Below are positions 18,743 through 27,601 of a stretch of 64,000 nt of DNA, one piece after another. The stretch is from the sequence record NC_048792.1; one strand, written 5' to 3'. Below the pieces are notes generated by a model that saw only the letters and a program-made list of their open reading frames with translations, was not told the DNA's origin and did no database searches. Numbering within the stretch: the first letter of the stretch is position 1; each line of letters begins with the position of its first letter. The position numbers were made by a program, and so were the translations under genes.

Positions 18743-19298
18743 AGAATTGATGGGACAGATCGCAGCCGGTCGCCCTGTTATTTCTGCAACGATTCCTAAC
18801 ATCTCAGGGATCACGCTGAACAACGCTCACTTCAAAGCGATCGGTGATAAATGGGGTGTGGAGTTCTTCCATCACCTGATTATGACTGACCCGGAGACTA
18901 ACCGTGAGTTCGTTACTCCGCTTCGGTACATGATCGTTCGTGAAGGTGTTGTTCGTCTCCAGCAGATGATCGAGGATAAACAATCTATCCCAGACGATAC
19001 TACTCATGTAGACGATTTGACTGGTCAGGTAACAGGGCCGTCCAAAGGTTCTAAGCTGTCCTTCGTGGAAACTAACAACCTGCGTGGCCGTGGCTTCCTT
19101 AAAGTCATTCTGGAAACGATCTCTGTTCGTGGCGGTGACGAAGCCGCTAACCTTAAGTTCGAAGAAGACATCGCTCTCACTGGTGAGGGTAGTGTAGAAG
19201 TAGCGAAAGAGTATGGTAGTGGTGTAACAGCTACTCGTAACTTTGCTACCATTCTTCGTGTTGCTCACCTGGATAACACGCTGGACAAAGGTTTATGA
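18621..19298 (+). CDS. rpoB: Virion RNA polymerase beta subunit, C-terminal part (phiKZ gp149-like)
   Basis: Likely start MKNREKAT at 18621. GPSKGSKLSFVETNNLRGRG and ETISVRGGD align with the beta C-terminal GGQRFGEMEV..LEAYG and EMLTVKSDD segments. Confidence 0.8.
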   Translation: MKNREKATALGVKLMAELFPKSGNDTMLKADLEKLSDQQFEELMGQIAAGRPVISATIPNISGITLNNAHFKAIGDKWGVEFFHHLIMTDPETNREFVTPLRYMIVREGVVRLQQMIEDKQSIPDDTTHVDDLTGQVTGPSKGSKLSFVETNNLRGRGFLKVILETISVRGGDEAANLKFEEDIALTGEGSVEVAKEYGSGVTATRNFATILRVAHLDNTLDKGL

Positions 19299-19774
19299 TC
19301 AAAGAACATTTAGAGTTGCTTGCCGGCCAGGTAAACGACTATCATGAGCGATACATGAGTCGTTATGGTAGTGACGAGCAGACGTTGAATCGCATCGCAG
19401 CTTTCGCTAGCCGGTTCTCTGCCATGTCCCATATTCACACCCTGACTACCAAAGAAAGCCTAACGGCAGTAGCCAAGGAAATGTTTGCTTACGAAGAGCT
19501 GACAGAATACGTGATGGGTATGCGGTACGCTGCACTGGCTATCTTTACCAAAGACGAACTCTTCGCTATCGCAGACTCGTATGCCGCCAGTATTTCAAAT
19601 GGCAGCTGGGGACGCACGGGTTCAATGGCTAGTCGCCCTAATCTATCGGTACTGCCGACAGACGATACGATCTGGCAGACAACCTACGAAGACGTCTCTA
19701 ACCTTTTCAGAGATAACATCTGGATCATTCCTCTGTTAACTCTGGGGCTAGTGGAGATCTGGAAGGAGATCTAA
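19295..19774 (+). CDS. Conserved hypothetical (phiKZ gp148-like position)
   Basis: 159 aa, ATGA overlap with the upstream gene. Confidence 0.7.
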   Translation: MIKEHLELLAGQVNDYHERYMSRYGSDEQTLNRIAAFASRFSAMSHIHTLTTKESLTAVAKEMFAYEELTEYVMGMRYAALAIFTKDELFAIADSYAASISNGSWGRTGSMASRPNLSVLPTDDTIWQTTYEDVSNLFRDNIWIIPLLTLGLVEIWKEI

Positions 19775-20475
19775 TGGATCGCGTTAAGATACTACTCAGT
19801 ATGGACGATCTCTTTGATACTCGACTTTCAACGGCATTGCGGTTGAATCAGAAGAAGGGTATTAACCTGATTAAAAACGGATATGGACGCCGGCGTGGTG
19901 ACTGGGTAATTTGGGAAGGTCTGGGGATTACTGAAGACCAGTGGCGAGCAGCTTACGCTAATCGCGATAACGAAACGCTTAAACGTTCAATCCGTTCTAA
20001 GTTAGTTAACGTTATACTGGAAGTTGCACTGGATGCAGATAAAGGGCCAAGGAACGAGATTTCAAAATCCAATATGGAGATTGTAATTAACGAGTGGCCT
20101 TATTCCATGACGTCGAAAGTGAAAGCAGACTTCGTTAAGATGTTCTCTCACTTAGTTCCGCCAAATATCCCTGTCGGATTTATTAGAAGAGCCCCAAAGT
20201 TACTTACGCCAAAGTTTGTAACTGAGAGCTTCACCCACTTCATCAACTACGACATGATCAATTGGATTGATCTTCATTTGCAAACGGAAGAAGATTGCAA
20301 CATGTTGAAACTGGAGTTGATTGGACCTCAGCTGTTCCAGTGTAAGCCGGACGTAGAAGACTTCGCTTTGTTTAAGGGTGTTATTGATGACGTTCACCGA
20401 TTGGCTGAGCAATATGTTAGCCCGTCCATGTCAGTGCGCTATATTAGCACTGAGTACTTCAACACGCCGTTTTAA
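19774..20475 (+). CDS. Conserved hypothetical, possible HAD-like fold (phiKZ gp147-like position)
   Basis: 233 aa, TAATG overlap; starts ILLSMDDLFDTR. Confidence 0.65.
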   Translation: MDRVKILLSMDDLFDTRLSTALRLNQKKGINLIKNGYGRRRGDWVIWEGLGITEDQWRAAYANRDNETLKRSIRSKLVNVILEVALDADKGPRNEISKSNMEIVINEWPYSMTSKVKADFVKMFSHLVPPNIPVGFIRRAPKLLTPKFVTESFTHFINYDMINWIDLHLQTEEDCNMLKLELIGPQLFQCKPDVEDFALFKGVIDDVHRLAEQYVSPSMSVRYISTEYFNTPF

Positions 20476-20482
20476 CGTCATA

Positions 20483-20506
20483 GGTGGAGGGAAGTTACCC
20501 TCCACC
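20483..20506. terminator. Hairpin between convergent genes
   Basis: GGTGGAGGG-AAGTTA-CCCTCCACC. Confidence 0.7.
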
Positions 20507-20510
20507 CTTG

Positions 20511-21035
20511 TTAGCCTTTACGCAGGTCTTCGTGAGCGTTTTCCATACGTTCAAAGAACTCGGAGGAACTTTCCTCTTTCTTATCGATGACCAATTCAGA
20601 GTCATCAATATCGTCAAACTCGGCTGCCATGTTCAGGGAGAAGACTTTATCGTCTCGAGTAGGCTTACCTGCATACATCGACTCGATTGGAGTTTCGCCA
20701 CGTACAACGCGAGTAGACATCTCTTCCAGCAAGTGAGCAATACGCTCGTCGTTCTCGTTGGCTTTGTCAGCCACCTGAATACGTTTCTTGCCGATGACCT
20801 GTTTATCGATACCGTCGAGCAGTTTACTGAGGCTGTTGATAGAGTCTTTATCCGTAGGGACTTTACCATCCGTCACCAACTGATTTACCGCCATCATACG
20901 GATACTCTGCGTAAACTCTAAACGATCATCGTCGTTACCAGGGAAACCCTCAGCGACACGAGAAGATTGGAATTCCCCTTCCTTCACCTCTTCGAAGGTT
21001 TCAACCTTTTCATATCCAGACATAGTCAGCTCCAT
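20511..21035 (-). CDS. Hypothetical acidic protein
   Basis: 174 aa ORF; may start at the Met at 21023. Confidence 0.75.
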   Translation of the reverse strand: MELTMSGYEKVETFEEVKEGEFQSSRVAEGFPGNDDDRLEFTQSIRMMAVNQLVTDGKVPTDKDSINSLSKLLDGIDKQVIGKKRIQVADKANENDERIAHLLEEMSTRVVRGETPIESMYAGKPTRDDKVFSLNMAAEFDDIDDSELVIDKKEESSSEFFERMENAHEDLRKG

Positions 21036-21040
21036 TTTTA

Positions 21041-21063
21041 TTTAAACATATATTACATTAATG
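21041..21063 (+). promoter_or_regulatory. Putative early promoter
   Basis: TTTAAACATATATTACATTAATG. Shares AAACATATAT with 8541 and has an exact TATTAC core. Confidence 0.6.
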
Positions 21064-21097
21064 ATAGGCATATTAAATCTAAAGCGAGGAAACTGTT

Positions 21098-21610
21098 ATG
21101 TTTTCGTTCATCAACGAGTTCATGCGTAAACGTAAGGTGAAGAAGGCCTTGTCACTGCTGAGCTCCCCAGAAGGAGAAATTGAATTTGAACCAGAAACTA
21201 TCCGTGTTGTATTTGAAGCTGTATCCGCTACACTCGATGAGTCACAAAACGGGTTAAGCATTTATGGCACCCTTATCCAGATGCACCATGAACCTGAGTT
21301 CTTGCTGGAGAAGTTGGCTGTTGCTAACGACGCAATTCTCAATGCAGAAGAGTTCGAGCACTTCAGTCGACTGAGTAAGTTCAACAAGTTTGAGCTCAGA
21401 ACATGGCTTGTGGATAGTGAAAAGAACCGTCTTGATTATTATGCTTTTATTAAGGCGATAACAACGATGGTGCAGGTCAACGTAGAATATTTAGATGAGG
21501 TAAAAGACCGAGTCAATAAAGTTCGCTATCGCGTGTATCTTGATTTATTATACACAATTCATTGCGATTGTTTAACGTTGGCTGAACTGCACTTACGTAA
21601 ATACGGTTAA
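21098..21610 (+). CDS. Hypothetical protein
   Basis: 170 aa, RBS GAGG. Confidence 0.75.
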   Translation: MFSFINEFMRKRKVKKALSLLSSPEGEIEFEPETIRVVFEAVSATLDESQNGLSIYGTLIQMHHEPEFLLEKLAVANDAILNAEEFEHFSRLSKFNKFELRTWLVDSEKNRLDYYAFIKAITTMVQVNVEYLDEVKDRVNKVRYRVYLDLLYTIHCDCLTLAELHLRKYG

Positions 21611-21628
21611 TTTTAAAAGGTATTATAC

Positions 21629-22387
21629 ATGCGTCCTGGACTGCCCCTCCGGTTTCGCACGGCTGAAGAAACTCACCGGATCTCTGACCATGAATACAGC
21701 GGACCAATGAATCTGCTGGCGTTGATGTTCAGGAAGGTCAAAGGTGATCTCGCGATTAACTCAGCTATGTGGTCTAACCTCATGAACCGGTATCTTAAAG
21801 ATCCCCGTAATGAGGTGACACAAACATCTCGTGGTCGTTCATCTGAACGGTCTAACCTTAATCGTGGTTTGACTCACCCTGAGATGTCCATCAAGGTTTT
21901 CATAAAGGGATTGAGAGTGCTGAATCCAAAGCACTTGAAGTTCACTATCCTCTTAGTTCATTTGGACGGGTCTAAGACCTCCCATAAAGTTGAGATGGAT
22001 CCAGAAGACCTGTACCAGCATTACCACAATGAAAAATACCCAACGCGTTTAAACGTACTTCATCAGTTGTTCCTTGATATCCGTAAGACGGTAACGCCGA
22101 CTGAGGAAGATTGGAATCGCGCCATGAAATCCTATCTGGAAGACCCCGGTAATGATTTCGATGATAAAAACAAGTTGCGTAGTAGTGAGAGGTCGAATGT
22201 CAATCGCGGGCTAAATAACCCAGACATGTCCTCTAAAATCTTTACCAAGGGTTTGAAGGTTATTAACCCGGCCCAGATTTACTTCACGTTGGAACTCGAA
22301 TTCCCCGGCGAACAGATTACTCACCACGAAGTAAGAATGGAAGGTAATCATCTGTACATCGCAGGTGGTGACGAGCAGGACGACTGA
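21629..22387 (+). CDS. Hypothetical protein with an internally duplicated domain
   Basis: RSSERSNLNRGLTHPEMSIKVFIKGLRVLNP recurs as RSSERSNVNRGLNNPDMSSKIFTKGLKVINP. Confidence 0.8.
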   Translation: MRPGLPLRFRTAEETHRISDHEYSGPMNLLALMFRKVKGDLAINSAMWSNLMNRYLKDPRNEVTQTSRGRSSERSNLNRGLTHPEMSIKVFIKGLRVLNPKHLKFTILLVHLDGSKTSHKVEMDPEDLYQHYHNEKYPTRLNVLHQLFLDIRKTVTPTEEDWNRAMKSYLEDPGNDFDDKNKLRSSERSNVNRGLNNPDMSSKIFTKGLKVINPAQIYFTLELEFPGEQITHHEVRMEGNHLYIAGGDEQDD

Positions 22388-22395
22388 GAAATACA

Positions 22396-22415
22396 AGAGG
22401 GGCGAAAGCCTCTCT
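22396..22415 (+). terminator. Hairpin terminator
   Basis: AGAGGGGC-GAAA-GCCTCTCT followed by TTATT. Confidence 0.65.
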
Positions 22416-22476
22416 TTATTCTGTCCTTTATTGGATTGAACTCGTTTCCTATGCACTTACAACGAGGACTATTCCG

Positions 22477-22731
22477 ATGGCTAAAGCTTTCAATACCAAA
22501 GCCTTAATGGATGATGTTTACGCGCAAGTGGATTCTTTCATGGAAACTAACCCTACGAAAGCCGACACTGCAGAATTCATGGAAAGAATCGTTAAACAAA
22601 TCATGTCTACTCTAGCCAGTCGTGAAGAGAAGATTAAGGCAATCGCTGATACGTTCAGTCACGCATTAGCGCAACGACAAAAGGCAACAGGGTTCCGAGG
22701 TTTCATCACTCGGTTATTATCAAGGGAGTAA
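22477..22731 (+). CDS. Hypothetical protein
   Basis: 84 aa, RBS GAGG, preceded by TTCCTATG at 22446. Confidence 0.75.
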   Translation: MAKAFNTKALMDDVYAQVDSFMETNPTKADTAEFMERIVKQIMSTLASREEKIKAIADTFSHALAQRQKATGFRGFITRLLSRE

Positions 22732-22734
22732 ATA

Positions 22735-23805
22735 ATGGCCCTTAGCATAGACGCTTTCAAAAATACGGTAAAGGATAGTGCGGGTGAAGTCAGGGATACA
22801 GTCCAGACATCTTCCTCCATCTTTTCCACATCAGTAAACGACAGTATGGTGGCCGTCGACGGCTACGGTAAAACCCAAGAGCAAGTTCTCAGTAACATGC
22901 GCAATGGTATCTTGGATCGACTGGGCGCAACCAAAGACTGGTTGTTGAACACGAAGATCTTTGACCTGGGGTCGTTGAATGATGCCTTGACTTCGGCTAA
23001 AGGAATCAAGGATGACGCGACGGCGTTAACTAAACAGCTGTCGGATGAGATTGGTACTAACATCAATAGCATCCGTGGGATTAGCGATAATGTTATCTCT
23101 ACAGCTACCAGTACACTAAACGAAATCAACCAGTCAGTAAACGATACGTTCAGTACTATCAATGGCGTGAAGTATGACGTCACTGCCGGTACTTACGGTA
23201 ACGTCGTTAATGACTTCATCAACTCAGTTAACCGTTTGCTGTACGATGGTAAACAAACCTACGAAAATATCGTGGATAAGTTTGCCAATGATTCTCTGAA
23301 AGGAAGTATCCTTGAGAACTCATCTTCTCTGGGATTGACCAACATCATCGATGGCGTTTACCAATCAGATCCAGGTAACCCTATCCTGATGCGGTCATTG
23401 TCTAACGGGCTTGAAGAAGCTCTGTTGACAGGCGACATTCGGACGATCAATTCCATCGTCCATAACCTGGGCGCCAATTACGTCATGGTAAGGCACCCTA
23501 ACATCATTCGGGATATTCTGACCAACTATACTTATCCGGTAGGCACAACGCCTAACGAGTATAAGGCTGAGGCTGATGTTCTCATTGATACGCTCAACTT
23601 CCTCAATCCAGATTGGAACAAAGCAGTCGGAGCACCTTACCTGAATCGTAACATCTCGGTCTTCCGTGATGCATCGACGAAAGCAAAGGCGGTATTGATT
23701 TCAAGACCTGAGTACGCGTACCAGATTAAAATTGCTGATCGCTACCCATCCCAAGATATCAATTCGATTGCACGCACAATGTACCCAATGGGTGCTTTTA
23801 GTTAA
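22735..23805 (+). CDS. Virion structural protein (phiKZ gp139-like)
   Basis: 356 aa, Ser/Thr/Asn-rich helical N-half, RBS GGGAG. Confidence 0.6.
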   Translation: MALSIDAFKNTVKDSAGEVRDTVQTSSSIFSTSVNDSMVAVDGYGKTQEQVLSNMRNGILDRLGATKDWLLNTKIFDLGSLNDALTSAKGIKDDATALTKQLSDEIGTNINSIRGISDNVISTATSTLNEINQSVNDTFSTINGVKYDVTAGTYGNVVNDFINSVNRLLYDGKQTYENIVDKFANDSLKGSILENSSSLGLTNIIDGVYQSDPGNPILMRSLSNGLEEALLTGDIRTINSIVHNLGANYVMVRHPNIIRDILTNYTYPVGTTPNEYKAEADVLIDTLNFLNPDWNKAVGAPYLNRNISVFRDASTKAKAVLISRPEYAYQIKIADRYPSQDINSIARTMYPMGAFS

Positions 23806-23810
23806 TAGAT

Positions 23811-23834
23811 CCCTCCTCCTGTTTGGGAGGAGGG
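23811..23834 (+). terminator. Hairpin
   Basis: CCCTCCTCC-TGTTTG-GGAGGAGGG followed by CTATG. Confidence 0.6.
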
Positions 23835-23867
23835 CTATGTCGAGTTATTACCTAAAAGGAGTTATTC

Positions 23868-24464
23868 ATGAAAGCTTTTGAAGATTTAACTAATAAGCAA
23901 TACGGTCGTTTAACTGTAGTTGGATTGTCAGGTATGTCAGGACACTCCAGATGGAAGTGTATCTGCTCCTGTGGCGTTATTACTTATTCATGCACCGGTA
24001 ACTTGGTTTCCGGTAGAAAACAGTCCTGTGGCTGTCTGAAGGTCGAGAAAGCCCGTGCTCAGCATAAAGGCACCGGTAAAAAGAAAAACGGAGATTATAC
24101 TTGGACTGCCTGGTATAACCTCATCTATAACCGCACCTTCAACGCCGCAGAAGGTAACGGTATTGAGCAGGTCGATCCTCGTTGGTTGGAGTATCAAAAC
24201 TTCAAAGAAGATTTAGGCGAGAAGCCAGGTAAAGGATATTACTTGCATCGCATCGACGCTAATAAACCTTACAACAAGGATAACTGTAAGTGGAGTAAGA
24301 TGCCTACCGGTAAACGTAAAGTCTTTTACTACAATACCAAACACAAGCACCCGGATACCAATGAAACGGTGGCACAACTTTCCCGTAGACTAGATATCTC
24401 TACTGGAACCATTTACGGCAGACTCCGCCGCGGGTTGTCAATTTTAGAAGCAATTGAAAAGTAA
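23868..24464 (+). CDS. HNH-type homing-endonuclease-like protein (Zn ribbon + HNH-like + HTH)
   Basis: DLTNKQYGRLTV..WKCICSCG..GNLVSG..SCGC, then LHRIDANKPYNKDNCKW, then HTH TVAQLSRRLDISTGTIYGRL. Confidence 0.8.
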   Translation: MKAFEDLTNKQYGRLTVVGLSGMSGHSRWKCICSCGVITYSCTGNLVSGRKQSCGCLKVEKARAQHKGTGKKKNGDYTWTAWYNLIYNRTFNAAEGNGIEQVDPRWLEYQNFKEDLGEKPGKGYYLHRIDANKPYNKDNCKWSKMPTGKRKVFYYNTKHKHPDTNETVAQLSRRLDISTGTIYGRLRRGLSILEAIEK

Positions 24465-24476
24465 AAGGAGAAAGTC

Positions 24477-24872
24477 ATGGAACCAGGTGTTATCACTGTC
24501 CATTATAACACGTTGGAAGATGGCGATCAGAAGGTCTTGTTCAAACCGATCGATTCTTTGTTGAGTATCAAGGAAGGGTGCGAATATGTAGTCGCGTCCA
24601 TTGTCTGCGACGATTCTGATCGTGGAGGGATTTGTGGCGTATTCCGGATTGATGAGCGTAAGAACTTCCCTACCAAGTATTGCGTAAACTACATCCACAG
24701 ACACCTTATCGAAAAGGTCGTTCAGGGTGCAGGGGAAGATGCTCAACTGGCGTGCTTCTACTTAAAGATACTCAGCCGCATTGGCGACACAATTCACGTC
24801 GTCGACTATTTCGGTGAAGAGAAGTTTTTCACCATTCGTCCAGAAGGCCTTTATAAACCATCCATTCATTGA
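24477..24872 (+). CDS. Hypothetical protein
   Basis: 131 aa, RBS AAGGAG. Confidence 0.7.
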   Translation: MEPGVITVHYNTLEDGDQKVLFKPIDSLLSIKEGCEYVVASIVCDDSDRGGICGVFRIDERKNFPTKYCVNYIHRHLIEKVVQGAGEDAQLACFYLKILSRIGDTIHVVDYFGEEKFFTIRPEGLYKPSIH

Positions 24873-25327
24873 TAGGGGGAGTCGTGAATAGTTTCGTAGC
24901 AGATATTTTAAAGAAATCCAATAAACTCCAACAAGAGAAATTCAACGATAAAGTCGCACGTTCATCTTACGTTGAGTGGAGTAAGTTACTCGACAAGTTC
25001 TCGAAGGAGACACACAAGCCTTGGTTGGAATCCTACGATATCTTCTTAATGGATAACGGAGAGCCGCCAAGTAATCACTACAGACTAGCTCGTCTGGATA
25101 ACCAACGTCCATTCGAACCAGGGAACGTTATCTGGATCGGACCTAAAGGCGCACAGTACAGTAAGAACCGTCCTTACAGTCACCGTAGTAATTCTAAACG
25201 GGTTGAGTGGGAAGGTGTTCTCTATACCGTTCCTGAATTCGCCGCCAAGTTCGGTTTATCTGCGCATACCGTCTATTGGCGTATGCGTCACTGGCCTAAG
25301 AAAGATTGGGCTGGTCGTGTCTCCTGA
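24869..25327 (+). CDS. Degenerate HNH-like + HTH protein
   Basis: LARLDNQRPFEPGNVIW, then WEGVLYTVPEFAAKFGLSAHTVYWRM. True start may be the GTG after GGGGGAG. Confidence 0.7.
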   Translation: MIGGVVNSFVADILKKSNKLQQEKFNDKVARSSYVEWSKLLDKFSKETHKPWLESYDIFLMDNGEPPSNHYRLARLDNQRPFEPGNVIWIGPKGAQYSKNRPYSHRSNSKRVEWEGVLYTVPEFAAKFGLSAHTVYWRMRHWPKKDWAGRVS

Positions 25328-25338
25328 AAAGGGGACAC

Positions 25339-25365
25339 AAAGAAAGGGCATTGCGCCCTTTCTTT
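25339..25365. terminator. Bidirectional terminator
   Basis: AAAGAAAGGGC-ATTGC-GCCCTTTCTTT plus a T-run, between convergent blocks. Confidence 0.8.
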
Positions 25366-25376
25366 TTTTTGTGTTT

Positions 25377-27545
25377 TTACAGACCACGATCGGTTCGTGA
25401 CAACGCAGAAAGCAAAGACCCTACTCGGTTACCCGAGAAGATGGTGTTCACTACGTTGCTGTACGAGAAGAACTTATCAAATGCTGCCAGGTTACGGTTC
25501 CAGTTACGTTTGAAACGACTTAGCATGTAGACCTGAGTCTGCAAGTCCAGGCTAGAGAGAACGCTCGTATAAGACCCGTAGGAAGAATCCTGAGGGAAGA
25601 GCATACGACTCCAGTTGGTTGGGTCGAAACTACGCAGACCGAACGCCTCGTTCATTGGCATCGACATTACTGAAGAAAGATCGGTAATAGTCAATCGAAC
25701 ATCTACGCCCAGGTATTCGCCGTTCTGAGTCCAAGGCATATTAGACGTAGCACGAGTAATATCTACCGCAGTGATCATCCCTAACGGAATAGAACACCGA
25801 CCTTGGCAATAGAACTCACCAATGAATGGTTGACCGTAAGTAGCAGCACCCGTTGCACGAGGCAGAACACCGCAAAGCAACATGACCAGTGGTAAGATCT
25901 CATTCTGGAAACGAACCACGTTGTCAGCGCACCACGCCCTCAGAGGAATCGTAATCGACATCTGGTTAAACGTAGCACTAGACGTATCGTAGTGTTTAGG
26001 GATATCAGCAAATGCGTTACCTGCCAGTACACCCAACCCGGAGATATGCAAGGAGTCAGCAACACCCGAGACAATATCCTTCATCGTATCCATGATCATC
26101 CCAATACCTGGAATGTCAGAGAAGTTACCGTCGGCAAATTTGAAGCGCATGGAGCGAGCACGTTCAGACGTGGAGTTGATTGCGGATTCCAAATCGGAAG
26201 CACGTACGGAGTTACTGAAACTTTCGTTAGCCGATTGACGTCCATCGATACGGAAACTCACCCACTGCGTACCATCGTGCTGTGCAGCCTTAAAGGTAGC
26301 CCAGGCACGTTCTAAAGTATCGCTTGAGAAGTAGTCCTTAACAGACTCATAAGCTGCCTCAATGCTGTTCCCTAACGATTCCATCATACCTGGATCATTG
26401 ACCGGGTTTCCGTTCTCGTCAGTTGCAGTTACCGGAGCTGTAGTATCGATAGTTGCCTCACCGGCGCTAGTAGGAGCAGCAGTGTTAGCTGTTGTGTCCC
26501 CACTAGCGCCGCCAGTAGAAACAGTAACAACCGGACGAAGCTGACCATCGGATTCCTTAAAGTAGGCATCCAGGAAATCTTCAGTAGTTGCGTACTCTTT
26601 ACGACGAGCTCGACCCAGTGTCGCACTAGCGCCACCGAATGTCATCCAGTTATAGATGGCACCCACTACGCCATTACCGTTGCTCTGGTTATTAGCAGCA
26701 ATCTGGTTAACTGCGTTATGCCAAGCATCTGCATAGGCCTGAGCACGAGAAGCCACAGCGTATACGTCGATACCTGTCAGGCCTTCACTACGGTAGACCG
26801 GAGGAATCATAGCGTCGTATGCTTGACGTTCCCTTGCACCTACTTGGAAAGCGTTCTTAGCAGCCGCTTCGAGGCTACTTGTACCGGGGTCAGTTGCCAT
26901 CCCCGCAGTACCGTTTAGGTCAGCGGTGTTAGCCAACTGCAGCCATGCGTCAGCAGGCTGAGCAACCATGTCCAGGTTAGTACCGATGGTGTTAGCGAAG
27001 TCGTTAACATATTTCCAGTACAAACCCATTTCAGGCTTCAGGTAATAGAACTTAGTCGAAACTGTACCGGAGAACCATTTCAGTGCTGAGAAAGTAAGGA
27101 TGTACGGAACAAACCTTACAGAGAATGCCCAGCCCAATGCTTTACCGATCAAAGTACCGATACTCTGACCACGACCAGTACGAACCAGTCGAGAATCGTC
27201 CGAGCTATAGAAGTTCGAGAAGAACGAGCTCAGGGAGTTAAAGATTGGAATACCGAAGCGCATGTGTAACAACACTGCGTTGTCATCGATATTCTCAGAA
27301 TAGAAGTGCCCCATCCCTTCGCCGATATCCACATAGCGTTTAAGGATCGGGTCGCCGTGGTTACAATACTGCGGCGGAGCATTGATGGCAAAGTTACCAC
27401 CCATGGTTGTATCGGTGTACTTGTAATAGGCACTGGTGAATGTGCGATAATACATATCGTCCTCTTCGATAGCACCTTCAGGGAGTAACAATCCCTGTCG
27501 TATCCAATCGCTATCGCTGATAACGTCGCTATTAACTTGGGCCAT
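25377..27545 (-). CDS. Baseplate/tail structural protein (phiKZ gp182-like)
   Basis: Likely start MAQVNSD at 27545; about 720 aa, directly downstream of the tape measure gene. Confidence 0.7.
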   Translation of the reverse strand: MAQVNSDVISDSDWIRQGLLLPEGAIEEDDMYYRTFTSAYYKYTDTTMGGNFAINAPPQYCNHGDPILKRYVDIGEGMGHFYSENIDDNAVLLHMRFGIPIFNSLSSFFSNFYSSDDSRLVRTGRGQSIGTLIGKALGWAFSVRFVPYILTFSALKWFSGTVSTKFYYLKPEMGLYWKYVNDFANTIGTNLDMVAQPADAWLQLANTADLNGTAGMATDPGTSSLEAAAKNAFQVGARERQAYDAMIPPVYRSEGLTGIDVYAVASRAQAYADAWHNAVNQIAANNQSNGNGVVGAIYNWMTFGGASATLGRARRKEYATTEDFLDAYFKESDGQLRPVVTVSTGGASGDTTANTAAPTSAGEATIDTTAPVTATDENGNPVNDPGMMESLGNSIEAAYESVKDYFSSDTLERAWATFKAAQHDGTQWVSFRIDGRQSANESFSNSVRASDLESAINSTSERARSMRFKFADGNFSDIPGIGMIMDTMKDIVSGVADSLHISGLGVLAGNAFADIPKHYDTSSATFNQMSITIPLRAWCADNVVRFQNEILPLVMLLCGVLPRATGAATYGQPFIGEFYCQGRCSIPLGMITAVDITRATSNMPWTQNGEYLGVDVRLTITDLSSVMSMPMNEAFGLRSFDPTNWSRMLFPQDSSYGSYTSVLSSLDLQTQVYMLSRFKRNWNRNLAAFDKFFSYSNVVNTIFSGNRVGSLLSALSRTDRGL

Positions 27546-27569
27546 TTTAAGTCCTCGATGAAAAAAGGT

Positions 27570-27591
27570 GGGAGAGGAGTTACCCTCTCCC
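27570..27591 (-). terminator. Terminator after the tape measure gene
   Basis: On the minus strand GGGAGAGG-GTAACT-CCTCTCCC followed by ACCTTTTTT. Confidence 0.65.
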
Positions 27592-27601
27592 AATTATTAG
27601 A

